DNA of 61,017 bases from a virus: positions 1 through 61,017 of the IMG/VR virus record IMGVR_UViG_3300002854_000002; one strand, 5' to 3'. This document shows positions 7,705-16,997 of the stretch, piece by piece. Below the pieces are notes generated by a model. That model worked only from the letters and a program-made list of their open reading frames with translations. It had not been told where the DNA came from and did no database searches. Each line of letters begins with the position of its first letter. The stretch's first letter is position 1. Both the position numbers and the translations under genes were made by a program.

Positions 7705-8459
7705 CGTTTAGTTCGCGCTGCCTTCTCCGCGCACCGTGTAATAAACGCGATGGCGCGGAGTGTTCGAAGCTGTGCGCAAGCTTTATCGCTATGCACGGAC
7801 TCAATGGAACCGGCGGCCGTGTCAATGCCGCAAATGTGCCGGACGCTTATCGTCTGCTTTTATTGGCTACGAGTCCAGCGCGCGAAGGACAGCCGGAAGC
7901 CTACGGTTTAGCGGCGGCTTATAGCGCTACGTTTACGCGCCAGTTCGGACCTGACGCGGAGGGGCAGACGCAGATTAAATCGTTATATCTCTATTCGCGT
8001 GAACCCGGCACCGGTAAGACGACGACGGCTGCTGCGCTATTGAACGAATATTTAACCGTCCACTATATCGGCTCGATTAAACGCGGATTACAACCGTTGG
8101 AACGGCCGGCCTTTTTCCTCGACGTCAACGAGTGGCAAACGTTGTACAATCTCGCGGTAATGACGGATGACGAGACGGATATGGAGCGCTTCAAGGCGGA
8201 AATGAGAACCGCAATGACGACGCCATTCGTTGTGCTTGACGACATCGGCGTGCGTGATTGCTCGGCGGCTTTTCGCGGTTACCTTCACGGCGTAATCAAC
8301 CATCGCGTAGCTAACGCATTGCCCTCCGTTTATACGTCTAACGTACCCATGCGTGAGTTGGACGTGCTCTATGACAAGCGACTATCGGACCGTGTGCGAG
8401 AGCAATGCCCAGAGATCGCGTTTAAAGGAGAAAGTAAGCGCGGAATGAGAAAAACGTAA
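7701..8459 (+). CDS. DnaC/IstB-like AAA+ helicase loader
   Basis: Walker A GTGKTT and Walker B FVVLDDIG. Cys-rich N-terminus. Immediately upstream of the helicase. The track start at 7686 is also possible. Confidence 0.7.
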   Translation: MTFSSRCLLRAPCNKRDGAECSKLCASFIAMHGLNGTGGRVNAANVPDAYRLLLLATSPAREGQPEAYGLAAAYSATFTRQFGPDAEGQTQIKSLYLYSREPGTGKTTTAAALLNEYLTVHYIGSIKRGLQPLERPAFFLDVNEWQTLYNLAVMTDDETDMERFKAEMRTAMTTPFVVLDDIGVRDCSAAFRGYLHGVINHRVANALPSVYTSNVPMRELDVLYDKRLSDRVREQCPEIAFKGESKRGMRKT

Positions 8460-8695
8460 AACGGCGTGAGAGTGTGTATAAGCGCGATTTTGCGAGTTCG
8501 TCAATATGCGCTGTCCAACGGGTTATACTGCGAAATATTTGCTTTTATATACAATACGATACACTTTTGTTATGCAGACGTTACACAAACGTATAGCAAT
8601 CGTCTCTTCACGGAAATTGCATGTACTACACGTTGAACAACCTAATCGTCGAATACGGAAATTGCCGAAATTAACCATCGCTAATATAATCGGAG

Positions 8696-10075
8696 GTGAG
8701 CAGGTTGTCCGTTGAAGAATCGCTATTTAGCAAGATCGCAGACGAAAACGATGTCGGTGCGTTAGATCGATTCGGTATCTTACGCGAACATTTACTAACG
8801 GATGTCGGACGCGGTTTATACGACTTCACACGCAAATACGCCGCAGAGAATAAGGGAGCCGCGCCGTCCTATATTACGCTGGTTGAGAACGTAGAAAATT
8901 TTACGTATCTGCCCGCCATAACGGACTCATACGAATACTTGACGCGAAAGCTTAAGGAAACGTACGGTAAACGCAAGCTTGCGGACCTTCTCAGCGGAGC
9001 TGGCGGCGAGATTCAGCGTCAATTCGACGCAATCGGACAAAGTTCGGACATTGACGTGTTCACGGAATCGTTTACAAAACGTTTGGAAGAGATTAGAATA
9101 GGAACAAGCGTTCGTAAATCGTCCGGTATCGACATCGCTAAGCAAGCGGATTTGTTCTTGACAGAATACCGCGCTCGTGCTGCGGGCTTATCCGGTCGAG
9201 TATGGGCGTCGAAGTTTCCAGGCTTAAACGCAGCGATCGGCGGCTACTTTTCATCGAATATGTACGTTGTCTATGCGCGGTCTGGTCGCGGTAAATCCGT
9301 CATTACGATGGAAGAGGCGATAGAGTTCGCGTGGCAGGGCGCTACGGTACTCGTTTGGGCGTTGGAAATGGGTTTCTACGAGTGGATGGCGCGGGCATTC
9401 TCGTCAATATCAGCGCGTGTAGACGTCGGCATAACCGCAAACATCGACGGAATCGACTACGCTGCGGGCTTTGACACGAACGCGCTGCAGGCCGCCAAAC
9501 TTACGCCGGAGTACGAAGAGGCGTTTCAACGTTTCGTAGCCGAATTAAACGAGCTGCTACCGGGACGAATTATCTTGCGCGCTTCAAATACGAAGGATTT
9601 CGATGATCACAGTCTGGCGGCGATAAAGGCGGACGTACTCGAATACGGCGCAGATGTCGTCATAATCGATCCGTTCTATTACCTCGATTACGAAACGAAC
9701 TCGTCGAAAACATCGGGCGGAGATGCGGCGGCCACATCGAAGAAACTCCGCATTATGACCGGCGCACTCAATATCGTAACGATTGCGATTACCCAGGCGG
9801 ACGAGGATGCTAGCGAAAAGGGCGACGACGGCGTACGCGAGATGAAGCCGCCTAAACGCTCGGAGGTCAAAAAGACGAAGGCGCTACTTGAAGATGGCGC
9901 GGCTCTTATCGGAGTGGATACGTTAGCCCACGAAGGTCGCGGCGTTATTGAGGTGGGGAAAGGCCGTAGCGGCGGCGAAGACACACGTATCGAAATCGTA
10001 TACCTTCCGAATTACGGAATCGTGCGCGAACCGGATGCGGCCGACCAAGCAGCGCAATTTGCCGGAAACTTTTAA
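8696..10075 (+). CDS. DnaB-like replicative DNA helicase
   Basis: RecA-type core with RSGRGKSV (Walker A) and VVIIDPFYYLD (Walker B). TTG 8705 is the more likely start because GTG 8696 overlaps the SD GGAGGTG. Confidence 0.75.
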   Translation: MSRLSVEESLFSKIADENDVGALDRFGILREHLLTDVGRGLYDFTRKYAAENKGAAPSYITLVENVENFTYLPAITDSYEYLTRKLKETYGKRKLADLLSGAGGEIQRQFDAIGQSSDIDVFTESFTKRLEEIRIGTSVRKSSGIDIAKQADLFLTEYRARAAGLSGRVWASKFPGLNAAIGGYFSSNMYVVYARSGRGKSVITMEEAIEFAWQGATVLVWALEMGFYEWMARAFSSISARVDVGITANIDGIDYAAGFDTNALQAAKLTPEYEEAFQRFVAELNELLPGRIILRASNTKDFDDHSLAAIKADVLEYGADVVIIDPFYYLDYETNSSKTSGGDAAATSKKLRIMTGALNIVTIAITQADEDASEKGDDGVREMKPPKRSEVKKTKALLEDGAALIGVDTLAHEGRGVIEVGKGRSGGEDTRIEIVYLPNYGIVREPDAADQAAQFAGNF

Positions 10076-10091
10076 CGAGGAGTGAATCGCT

Positions 10092-11069
10092 ATAGTTACG
10101 ATACGCGGGCCGAGCGGTCCAATCGAATTAGACGTAGACATACGCGCTGAACTCGAAGAATTTACTTGGATTCGGCCGGATTGGAGCGACGTTAAACTTA
10201 TCGCCGCAAGTCCGTTTCGTTACGATAAAACGCCGAGTTGGGCCGTTAGTTTAGAACACGGTGGCTGGCGTGATTGGGGCGCAACGGACCCGGAATATGA
10301 ATCGGGCAGTTTCGTAAAGTTGCTTTCCAGCCTCCGGGATGAGACATACGGAGAAACAGTGGAGTATCTTACGGTGAAATACGGTGACACAACGCCCAGC
10401 GATCCGGAAGACTTTACGCTAACCTTTCCGAAACTGAAAGTACCCGAGCCGCGTAGAATCCGCCTTGACAGCGAGATTCTCGATCAATACCGCTATCGTT
10501 CGCCGTATCTTGCCGGGCGCGGAATTAGCGAAAATGTACAGCGCATAATGTCGATCGGATATGACCGTAAGAGCCGCGCTGTGACGTTTCCGTGGTTTAA
10601 TCCGGATGGGACATTAGGCAACGTTAAATACCGGAAAACCGACGCTAAGACGTTCTGGTACGCTTCGGGCGGCCGTCCTCTACGTGAAATGATCTACGGA
10701 ATCCATATCGCTTATCAGCGGAGAATAACGCGAGCTGCGATCGTGGAGGCCGAGGTTGATGCATTAACGCTTATGAGCGCGGGGATCTACGCCATCGCGA
10801 CGGGCGGCACTGCATTTACAGCGGCTAAGCGCGATTTAATATCACGGTCGCCGATCGAGGAATTGACGTTATTTCGCGATAATGATCCGGCGGGAAGAAT
10901 ATGGCGTAATCGAATCATAACGGAATTAGGCTCTCGGATGGATATGCGCCTGGCATACATGCCGAATGCGTATAAAGACGTTAACGAGTGGGGATCTTGC
11001 GGTGGGAATCTTCGGAAGGCGTACGATAGAGCGCGCAAATGTCGAAAACTGACGGTTAATATACGTTGA
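10092..11069 (+). CDS. Toprim-domain DNA primase, apparent non-canonical start
   Basis: Toprim core EAEVDALTL...FRDNDPAG. The frame is open from 10086 and encodes a degenerate CHC2-like motif SPFRYDKTPSWAV upstream of the first canonical start (TTG 10320). SD GAGGAG 10077-10082 lies 9 nt before ATA 10092. Confidence 0.7.
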   Translation: MVTIRGPSGPIELDVDIRAELEEFTWIRPDWSDVKLIAASPFRYDKTPSWAVSLEHGGWRDWGATDPEYESGSFVKLLSSLRDETYGETVEYLTVKYGDTTPSDPEDFTLTFPKLKVPEPRRIRLDSEILDQYRYRSPYLAGRGISENVQRIMSIGYDRKSRAVTFPWFNPDGTLGNVKYRKTDAKTFWYASGGRPLREMIYGIHIAYQRRITRAAIVEAEVDALTLMSAGIYAIATGGTAFTAAKRDLISRSPIEELTLFRDNDPAGRIWRNRIITELGSRMDMRLAYMPNAYKDVNEWGSCGGNLRKAYDRARKCRKLTVNIR

Positions 11070-11158
11070 TGTCAGGTTACGCCGGGTTGTACAATAAGGA
11101 AACGGAGGTAAACACGCCCAATTCTACATTACGTAGAACTCCGGACTGGGCCGAGCAC

Positions 11159-11371
11159 TTATCTCGACCACTCGAATAAGTCACGCGGGCCAACGCCTAA
11201 AGCATCGGCAAGTGCTACGGCAACCTCCAGCGACATACGGTTACGGCGCCCGGTTGTGTAGAACGAGATAACACGCTCGTCTACGCCCGAGAGTAATGCA
11301 AGGTCGCGCTGCGACATGCGTTTAGCTTCGAGTAAATCTGAAATAAGGCACCGGCCGATCCGTGATTGCAT
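11159..11371 (-). CDS. XRE-family HTH regulator (70 aa)
   Basis: MSQRDLALLSGVDERVISFYTTGRR is HTH_3-like. It is a monocistronic minus-strand gene facing the sigma-like gene. Confidence 0.8.
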   Translation of the reverse strand: MQSRIGRCLISDLLEAKRMSQRDLALLSGVDERVISFYTTGRRNRMSLEVAVALADALGVGPRDLFEWSR

Positions 11372-11479
11372 CGGTGGGCCTCCGCTATAAAATTAAATTA
11401 CCATTATTTTCGTGAAGAGTGTACGGAACTAAAATCTACGACGTCATTATAAGTATAAAACAAAACAAGAGGTGGTCAA

Positions 11480-12133
11480 GTGAAGAACGGCCCACAATTA
11501 AATAATCTCTACGCTGAGTTTCGCGCAGGAAATAGCGATTCATTCAACAATCTATACGAAGCGCTCGCGGAACACTCCGCCATTAACCGTTCGATTGTCC
11601 TACGGTCAGGTTGCGGAAATGCGAACGACGCACTTACGATATTCGATGACGTGCTTATGCGGCTCATTCGCAAGGATAACGTAGAGGACTTCAGCCGCGC
11701 GTTCTTAAAGAGTTTGCGTAATGCTCGGGTCGATTACTTCCGGAAATGGAAGCGAACGAATGGCCGGCTAAAGTGGATAGATGATATTACGGAAGACGAC
11801 GAAGGGGCGGCAACCTCGACGGACATCCTCCGAAGCGATTACGTACTTGAAGACGATGTTACTAAAAAGAATGAAGCCGAGAAGCTTTCGCTAGTCGACT
11901 TCATCCTCGATTCCGCCAAGAATCTAATTGGCCCTGAGATGACGGCAATCATCAAAGGACTACCTGATTACGACTCCGTTAATGAGGCGGCAACCTCATT
12001 AGGGATGCATCGTAATCAGATCGCTAGACCGTTAGCCCGGCTTACCCGTTTCTACAATCGAGAAGTTCACGGAGATTTACGCGATTACTTCCCGAAAGAT
12101 ACACGATTAAAACGCGAGTTTATTTCGGCCTAA
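11480..12133 (+). CDS. Sigma-70/ECF-like sigma factor
   Basis: Region-2-like segment (FNNLYEAL...DALTIFDDVLMRL...FLKSLRNARVDYFRK) and region-4-like HTH (NEAATSLGMHRNQIARPLARL). GTG start with SD GAGGTGG. Confidence 0.5.
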   Translation: MKNGPQLNNLYAEFRAGNSDSFNNLYEALAEHSAINRSIVLRSGCGNANDALTIFDDVLMRLIRKDNVEDFSRAFLKSLRNARVDYFRKWKRTNGRLKWIDDITEDDEGAATSTDILRSDYVLEDDVTKKNEAEKLSLVDFILDSAKNLIGPEMTAIIKGLPDYDSVNEAATSLGMHRNQIARPLARLTRFYNREVHGDLRDYFPKDTRLKREFISA

Positions 12134-12316
12134 TTTCAGTATACCACACGCAAACCTTGTCCAAACATTAACAAATCTTAACGCTTGTCCGGCGTTTTGG
12201 TAGGACGTCGGACTTCTGAAAAGCTTATGTATTATAATCCGTTGGTAATATAATACAATTCGCTTTCCATATTGTCAATACGTTTACACTACGAACATAA
12301 TCGGAGGTCTCACGCT

Positions 12317-12493
12317 ATGACACGTCAGCGCTGTATTAATATTCATAGTATACACGATATTTCGACGAATGTAAAACGCAATTTAACGCATATAAACGAA
12401 GTATCTCTCGAATATAACGGAGACTGTGATAAATACGACGATTCCGCAGATTTTTACGCGGAAAAACCTGTCAAGGCGGTGCGTCTCGGATGA
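12317..12493 (+). CDS. Hypothetical small protein (58 aa)
   Basis: ATG 12317 with GGAGG 9 nt upstream. ATGA coupling to the next gene. Confidence 0.4.
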   Translation: MTRQRCINIHSIHDISTNVKRNLTHINEVSLEYNGDCDKYDDSADFYAEKPVKAVRLG

Positions 12494-13062
12494 AAAACGT
12501 TATTGATCCGAAAGCCGGCACGCATTTTCCGATGCCAACGAAGATATTCGTAACACCGCACGCGCTGGACGAAGCCGTTAAGGACTTCGGCATCGAGCGG
12601 TCAAAAGCGCCAATGCACGTCATGGACTTACTGCGTAAATCTGCGTTAATTGACCCGTATATAGTAGGAGATGACGGAAATCCAGTGCGATTATTCGCTT
12701 ACAAACGGCAAGCTTTCATCGTTTCGTTAGACTCTGATACGGTGGTTACGACATATAGGCGCGATAGTGCGGCCGATTTGATACGTAACGCAGTGGAACC
12801 GGTGCTTCGGCGCGTACTAAGAGCTGCCCAACGCGAAGAGGCGGCGGAATTGAAACGGCTGGCCGTGATGAAGGCGGAGTTGTCGGTAAGACGGGCGGAA
12901 TGCGAACTAGCGCAGTTGTTGACTAAACGGCCGACTAAAGCACGCTCCTTACTCGAGGAAATAACGCAGATTGACGCAGAGATTACGCAAATTAATACGG
13001 AAATGGTTTCGGCTAGACAGCGCAAATCGACGTTAGCAAAGGGAATATGTGCGTACGTATAG
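12490..13062 (+). CDS. Hypothetical protein with C-terminal coiled coil (190 aa)
   Basis: Intact ORF with heptad-like Ala/Glu/Leu-rich C-terminus. Confidence 0.55.
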   Translation: MKNVIDPKAGTHFPMPTKIFVTPHALDEAVKDFGIERSKAPMHVMDLLRKSALIDPYIVGDDGNPVRLFAYKRQAFIVSLDSDTVVTTYRRDSAADLIRNAVEPVLRRVLRAAQREEAAELKRLAVMKAELSVRRAECELAQLLTKRPTKARSLLEEITQIDAEITQINTEMVSARQRKSTLAKGICAYV

Positions 13063-13096
13063 CGGACGGCTACGGACTTTAACGAGTCCGACGTCG

Positions 13097-13181
13097 GCTA
13101 GGCGGTGTTAACGCTGAAGGATCGGGGAATGCCCGGTCGCCGTTAGAGATAGCGGAAAGTAGGTCGTTAATACCGCCTAGC
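13097..13181 (+). other. Long-range 17-bp helix enclosing a 51-nt structured core (candidate RNA element)
   Basis: GCTAGGCGGTGTTAACG (13097-13113) pairs with CGTTAATACCGCCTAGC (13165-13181) with one G-U pair. Hairpins occur inside and on both sides within the 256-nt intergenic region. Confidence 0.35.
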
Positions 13182-13318
13182 GGACGTAGGAGCCGCGCAC
13201 CAACGGGTCGCTTGACGCCGAAAGCTGCGTCAGCACAATCGTAAGCCGCTCAATTACGGAGTCGACACGTAGGCGAGCGCAATCCTATCGTCCGAATCTA
13301 ATCGAGGAGTGTTGCGGA

Positions 13319-14131
13319 TTGTCATTGTTCACGAAAAAAGGCGAAGAGGCCGCGCAAGCAACGAACGAACAAGGAGGAGCCGAAGAAAGCCCGATCGTAT
13401 CGTTCAAGTCCGGCACCACGATCAAAGTCGGCGTCAAATCCGTCAATGATGTCGCGGAGTATTACGGGTACGGTATGTTCGGCAAGGTAAACACGTTTGT
13501 TCCGAAGAATCCGGCCACACGTAACCGGAACGGCTATGTCGACGCTAACCCTTCGCTATGGGATCAAGCGGCCGACCTCCTTTATGCCGACGCTAAAGCT
13601 GCGAAAGAAGCCGGCGCTAGTGAGGACGCAGTAAAGGTGATTACGGACGAAGCGTATCTCTACAAAGGTAAGAAACGTTACCTCCGCGCCTTCTTCGACC
13701 TCGCGACCGGCAAGGACATCGTAGTCGATTTCAGTCCGAAGCAGGAAACGCAGATTAAAGCGGTCATCGAGAAATACGCCAAGAAACTCGGCAAAGTGGC
13801 GTTCGAACTCGCTAAAACGGGCAAGTCTACGAACGCGGTCGTTTCCTTGTCTCCGATGCTCGATATTGACGAGGAATTGACGGATGAGGAACGCGTAAAC
13901 TTCGCTAAATTGGCGGAAGTACCGTTTGACCTGGAAGCGTTCGAAACGTGCTTGTACGTGGCCGACGAAGCAGAGCAGACGAAGAATCTCGTAATTGCCG
14001 GATTTGATATCGGACGACTCGGCTTATCAATCGGAGCAAACGCGGCAGCATCTAACGCGTCTATTCCGAAAGATGACGATGCTCCTCCGATAACAGACGG
14101 CGACGCGGCCGCTGAAGATTATCCGTTTTAA
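13319..14131 (+). CDS. Putative ssDNA-binding protein
   Basis: Sits in the replication module. Acidic C-terminal tail ends in DGDAAAEDYPF, resembling the SSB acidic D-D-D-I-P-F tip. TTG start with GAGGAG 10 nt upstream. No fold-level evidence. Confidence 0.35.
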   Translation: MSLFTKKGEEAAQATNEQGGAEESPIVSFKSGTTIKVGVKSVNDVAEYYGYGMFGKVNTFVPKNPATRNRNGYVDANPSLWDQAADLLYADAKAAKEAGASEDAVKVITDEAYLYKGKKRYLRAFFDLATGKDIVVDFSPKQETQIKAVIEKYAKKLGKVAFELAKTGKSTNAVVSLSPMLDIDEELTDEERVNFAKLAEVPFDLEAFETCLYVADEAEQTKNLVIAGFDIGRLGLSIGANAAASNASIPKDDDAPPITDGDAAAEDYPF

Positions 14132-14152
14132 TATCACGAAGGAGGACGCAGC

Positions 14153-14263
14153 ATGAACGCAGTATCAACGTTAGAAAGACCGGCCGTAGCTGCGGGAGGA
14201 AGCGGATATAAACCGCCTACTCCCCGGCCGCCGGCGTTAAGCTTCGGAAAGGAGCGCGATTGA
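14153..14263 (+). CDS. Hypothetical small Pro-rich protein (36 aa)
   Basis: Strong SD GAAGGAGG upstream of ATG 14153. Confidence 0.35.
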   Translation: MNAVSTLERPAVAAGGSGYKPPTPRPPALSFGKERD

Positions 14264-14687
14264 GACGGCGCATTTAAGCGAGATTGTCGGAAAGTACTCG
14301 GAACTAGCGGCGCGGCTCGCTCTCATGGCGGCGGGCTGGACCGTTCACAAAGCGGAGACGGAAGAAGCGTACGACATCCTCGCGACCGATCCACTAACCG
14401 GCGCGCACGCTAAACTGCAGGTCAAAACGATTCGCCAACGGATGGATCGCGCCGGCGACCTCGTTATATACGCGAAGAAAGGGAACGGCACGGCCTACGA
14501 CCGGTCCGACGCTGACTATATCGTTGGCGTGTGGGCGGCGGATGGCGAAATGCCTCGCGTATATATGCTCGAAAACCGGCTGCTTACGGAGTATTGGGCG
14601 TCCGAAGCACGAGCGGCCGAGCGTTGGGTCGAATTACCGATCGCGCTAGATCGGAGCGTGTTCGATGACACTCGATCGGAGGAATGA
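14259..14687 (+). CDS. PD-(D/E)XK endonuclease-like protein (group I intron-associated type), apparent ATT start
   Basis: Pattern SE...AARLALMAAGW.V....E..YDILA.D......KLQVKT...D.D.IVGV. The N-terminal helix lies upstream of the first ATG (14325). ATT 14259 overlaps the upstream stop (ATTGA), 4 nt after GGAG. Confidence 0.55.
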   Translation: METAHLSEIVGKYSELAARLALMAAGWTVHKAETEEAYDILATDPLTGAHAKLQVKTIRQRMDRAGDLVIYAKKGNGTAYDRSDADYIVGVWAADGEMPRVYMLENRLLTEYWASEARAAERWVELPIALDRSVFDDTRSEE

Positions 14688-14871
14688 GCGGACAGTCGCT
14701 GTTTGCGCGCAATGCCGCGGTGAAATATACGCCGGCGACGAAGTAATGCGGATAGATGACGGTGAAGCGTTCGTACACAACGGCTATCCACACAAATGCG
14801 CAGCCGAGTACGCAATTGAACGAGTTTACGACGCAGCCGGAACGGTAAATGAGCGCGGCGAAATTATATAA
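14665..14871 (+). CDS. Hypothetical small protein with CAQC motif (68 aa)
   Basis: Intact ORF overlapping the previous gene end. Confidence 0.45.
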   Translation: MTLDRRNERTVAVCAQCRGEIYAGDEVMRIDDGEAFVHNGYPHKCAAEYAIERVYDAAGTVNERGEII

Positions 14872-14891
14872 CGAAAAGGGAGCGATGCTTT

Positions 14892-16985
14892 TTGGCAAAG
14901 TTAAACGTAGAAACTGTACCGGCTGTAAGCGTAATGATCGAGGGCGTTGAATACCGTAAGGTTGAACGGGCAGCTAAGGCGGGCGATATCGTTAAAATGG
15001 TTGCCACGTCAGCTGACGATGACGTAACGATCGGAGGCTTCTACTACGTTGACCGCGTCGACTCGTGCGGGGACGCGCATATCACCGGCGATGAAGGCGG
15101 TGATTTCGATACCGTCGGCGATACGCTGGAAGTCTACGAGAAAGTAGCGGAAGAGAATGCGGAGACAGCACCGCGCCGGCTTACCGTTGGGGATTACGCG
15201 AAAGTCGTTTCTGAACGTGCTAGCCGCTCGTCCTCGCATCGTCACGAAGTAGGATCGGTAGTTAAGATCGTGATTGATGATAAGTCAGCGCTACCATATA
15301 AATGCGAGAAAGCTGACGGAACTCGCGGCTGTTACATTTACGAAGACGAGATGGAGCCAGCGACGGAAGCCGAGTTCCTGGCGCAGAAGAAGCCGCAGGA
15401 CTCATCGTTTAAGTCCGGTGATGTCGTTCGTAGTAAAACGGGTTCTCCAACGTGGACGACAACGTTAAAGGAACGCGATCCACGAATGGACGGAACTGAG
15501 CACGGTAAAGCGTGGATGCATACGCACGACAGCGGATGGATCGGCGAGAATCAGTTCGAAAAGGTTACGGAAGAGGTTCCGGAAACAACGAAACCGACTG
15601 AGCCGGCTGCGATTAAAACGGAACCCTACGTCATCCACGACGGAAAAGTCTACGTTAAGGAAACGCGCACGGCGAGAGTCGGCGAGGTTATTACGCCACT
15701 AAAACGCGAGCGTTACGTAACCGTGGGGGGAACGTACGAAGTCACGACTAGATCGCCGCATCACGTTCACTTTACGGACGATGAAGGCGACCGCTGGCAT
15801 ATTGCTGACGGAGACTACGCCGTACTCGTACCGGTCCCGACGGAGCAACGCAAGGCTGAATCCGGCGACCGCATCGTTGTAATTTCGGTTCATCACGAAG
15901 GAATCGTCGTAGGCGAGACGTTGACAGCTAGCTCCGTAGACAGTGAAGGCATAGTCATCACGGTTAAGGAACGCAATATTCCGGGATTTATTTTTTACAA
16001 CGGAAGCCGCGTAGGGAAGGAATACGTTGTGTTGGGGGACACTTCGAAGCCGGCGCGCTTAACGGTAGGTGATTACGCGAAAGTCGTTGAGGATGCGGCG
16101 CATTACGAAATCGGCGAGATTATCCGCATCACGGAAGACGACGGTACTCGCGTTCCTTACATGGGGGAGCGTGCTAGCGACGGTACAATTGGCGGCTATA
16201 TTACGCAGACCAAAGTCGTACCGGCAACACGTGAGGAGTTCGAAGCCCGCCGCGCTGAAGCAGCCGAGCCTGCGCGTCTTAAAGTCGGTGATTACGCCCG
16301 AGTTGCGAAAGCTTACGGAGGCCATTTCGCAAAAGTTGGCGATATCTTAAAAGTGTGGGACATCGTAACGTACGGAGATAATCATATCCGCTGCGAAAAA
16401 CTGGACGGTTCACGTAAAGGTAACGATTACTTCTACGATGACGAACTTGTCCGTGCTACTGACGAAGAGATTGCCGCCGCTAAGGAAGCCGCTGATCCAC
16501 GCAATCAATTCGCAGTCGGCGATAAAGTGCGATTGATTAGCGGAGGCAGAGCGCATCCTCTGCGCGGGTATCAAAACGGCCAGATGTACACCGTTGAAGA
16601 CCCGAAGTTCTCCGGTCACCGGAACGAACGAATTAAGATCGTTGGAGGCGACCAGCGTACTGCATTCGCTAAACCGGAGCAGCTCGTTAAAGTTAGCGCT
16701 GAAGAGATCGCTGCAGAGTCGGCGAAGGCTAAATGGGCCGCGATCGGGCGTAAAGTCAACGAGTATAAAACGGGCGATATCGTACGAATCACTGCGGATA
16801 GATCGGCTGCAGGCGTTGTAACTGGCGAGATTGCCGAAGTGAAGTCGTCAGAGTCTGGAATCGTAAACGAAGGCGTACGTTTGACGAAGATAAATCCTAG
16901 CGGGAGTAATTCGTGGGTAGCCGTTAGTGATGTTGAACTCGTTACGCCGGTTGAGCAACGTTTCGATACACCGCGAAGCTGCTAG
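14892..16985 (+). CDS. Tandem-repeat protein, about 9 small beta-barrel (SH3/Tudor/KOW-like) modules (697 aa)
   Basis: Recurrent 55-70-aa units begin with (R)L.VGDYAKV / VGD.V.V. An exact 18-nt DNA repeat GATTACGCGAAAGTCGTT occurs at 15192-15209 and 16071-16088. TTG start with AAGGGAG upstream. Confidence 0.7.
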   Translation: MAKLNVETVPAVSVMIEGVEYRKVERAAKAGDIVKMVATSADDDVTIGGFYYVDRVDSCGDAHITGDEGGDFDTVGDTLEVYEKVAEENAETAPRRLTVGDYAKVVSERASRSSSHRHEVGSVVKIVIDDKSALPYKCEKADGTRGCYIYEDEMEPATEAEFLAQKKPQDSSFKSGDVVRSKTGSPTWTTTLKERDPRMDGTEHGKAWMHTHDSGWIGENQFEKVTEEVPETTKPTEPAAIKTEPYVIHDGKVYVKETRTARVGEVITPLKRERYVTVGGTYEVTTRSPHHVHFTDDEGDRWHIADGDYAVLVPVPTEQRKAESGDRIVVISVHHEGIVVGETLTASSVDSEGIVITVKERNIPGFIFYNGSRVGKEYVVLGDTSKPARLTVGDYAKVVEDAAHYEIGEIIRITEDDGTRVPYMGERASDGTIGGYITQTKVVPATREEFEARRAEAAEPARLKVGDYARVAKAYGGHFAKVGDILKVWDIVTYGDNHIRCEKLDGSRKGNDYFYDDELVRATDEEIAAAKEAADPRNQFAVGDKVRLISGGRAHPLRGYQNGQMYTVEDPKFSGHRNERIKIVGGDQRTAFAKPEQLVKVSAEEIAAESAKAKWAAIGRKVNEYKTGDIVRITADRSAAGVVTGEIAEVKSSESGIVNEGVRLTKINPSGSNSWVAVSDVELVTPVEQRFDTPRSC

Positions 16986-16997
16986 GGGGCGGTTCTG

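Noticed and set aside
8662-8690. TTGCCG-17-TATAAT promoter just upstream of the helicase gene
   Set aside because: The predicted transcription start (about 8697) would fall inside or after the helicase SD (8692-8698), so it cannot serve that gene in a normal way. Retained only as a doubtful match.
8506-8715. 69-aa track ORF in the dnaC-dnaB intergenic region
   Set aside because: It lies in an AT-rich spacer, has no SD, runs into the helicase start, and has atypical composition.
10082-10150. GTG 10082 as the primase start with a programmed frameshift
   Set aside because: The GTG overlaps the SD with zero spacing, its frame terminates after 22 codons, and no slippery motif is evident. A near-cognate start in the primase frame is simpler, although a frameshift is not strictly excluded.
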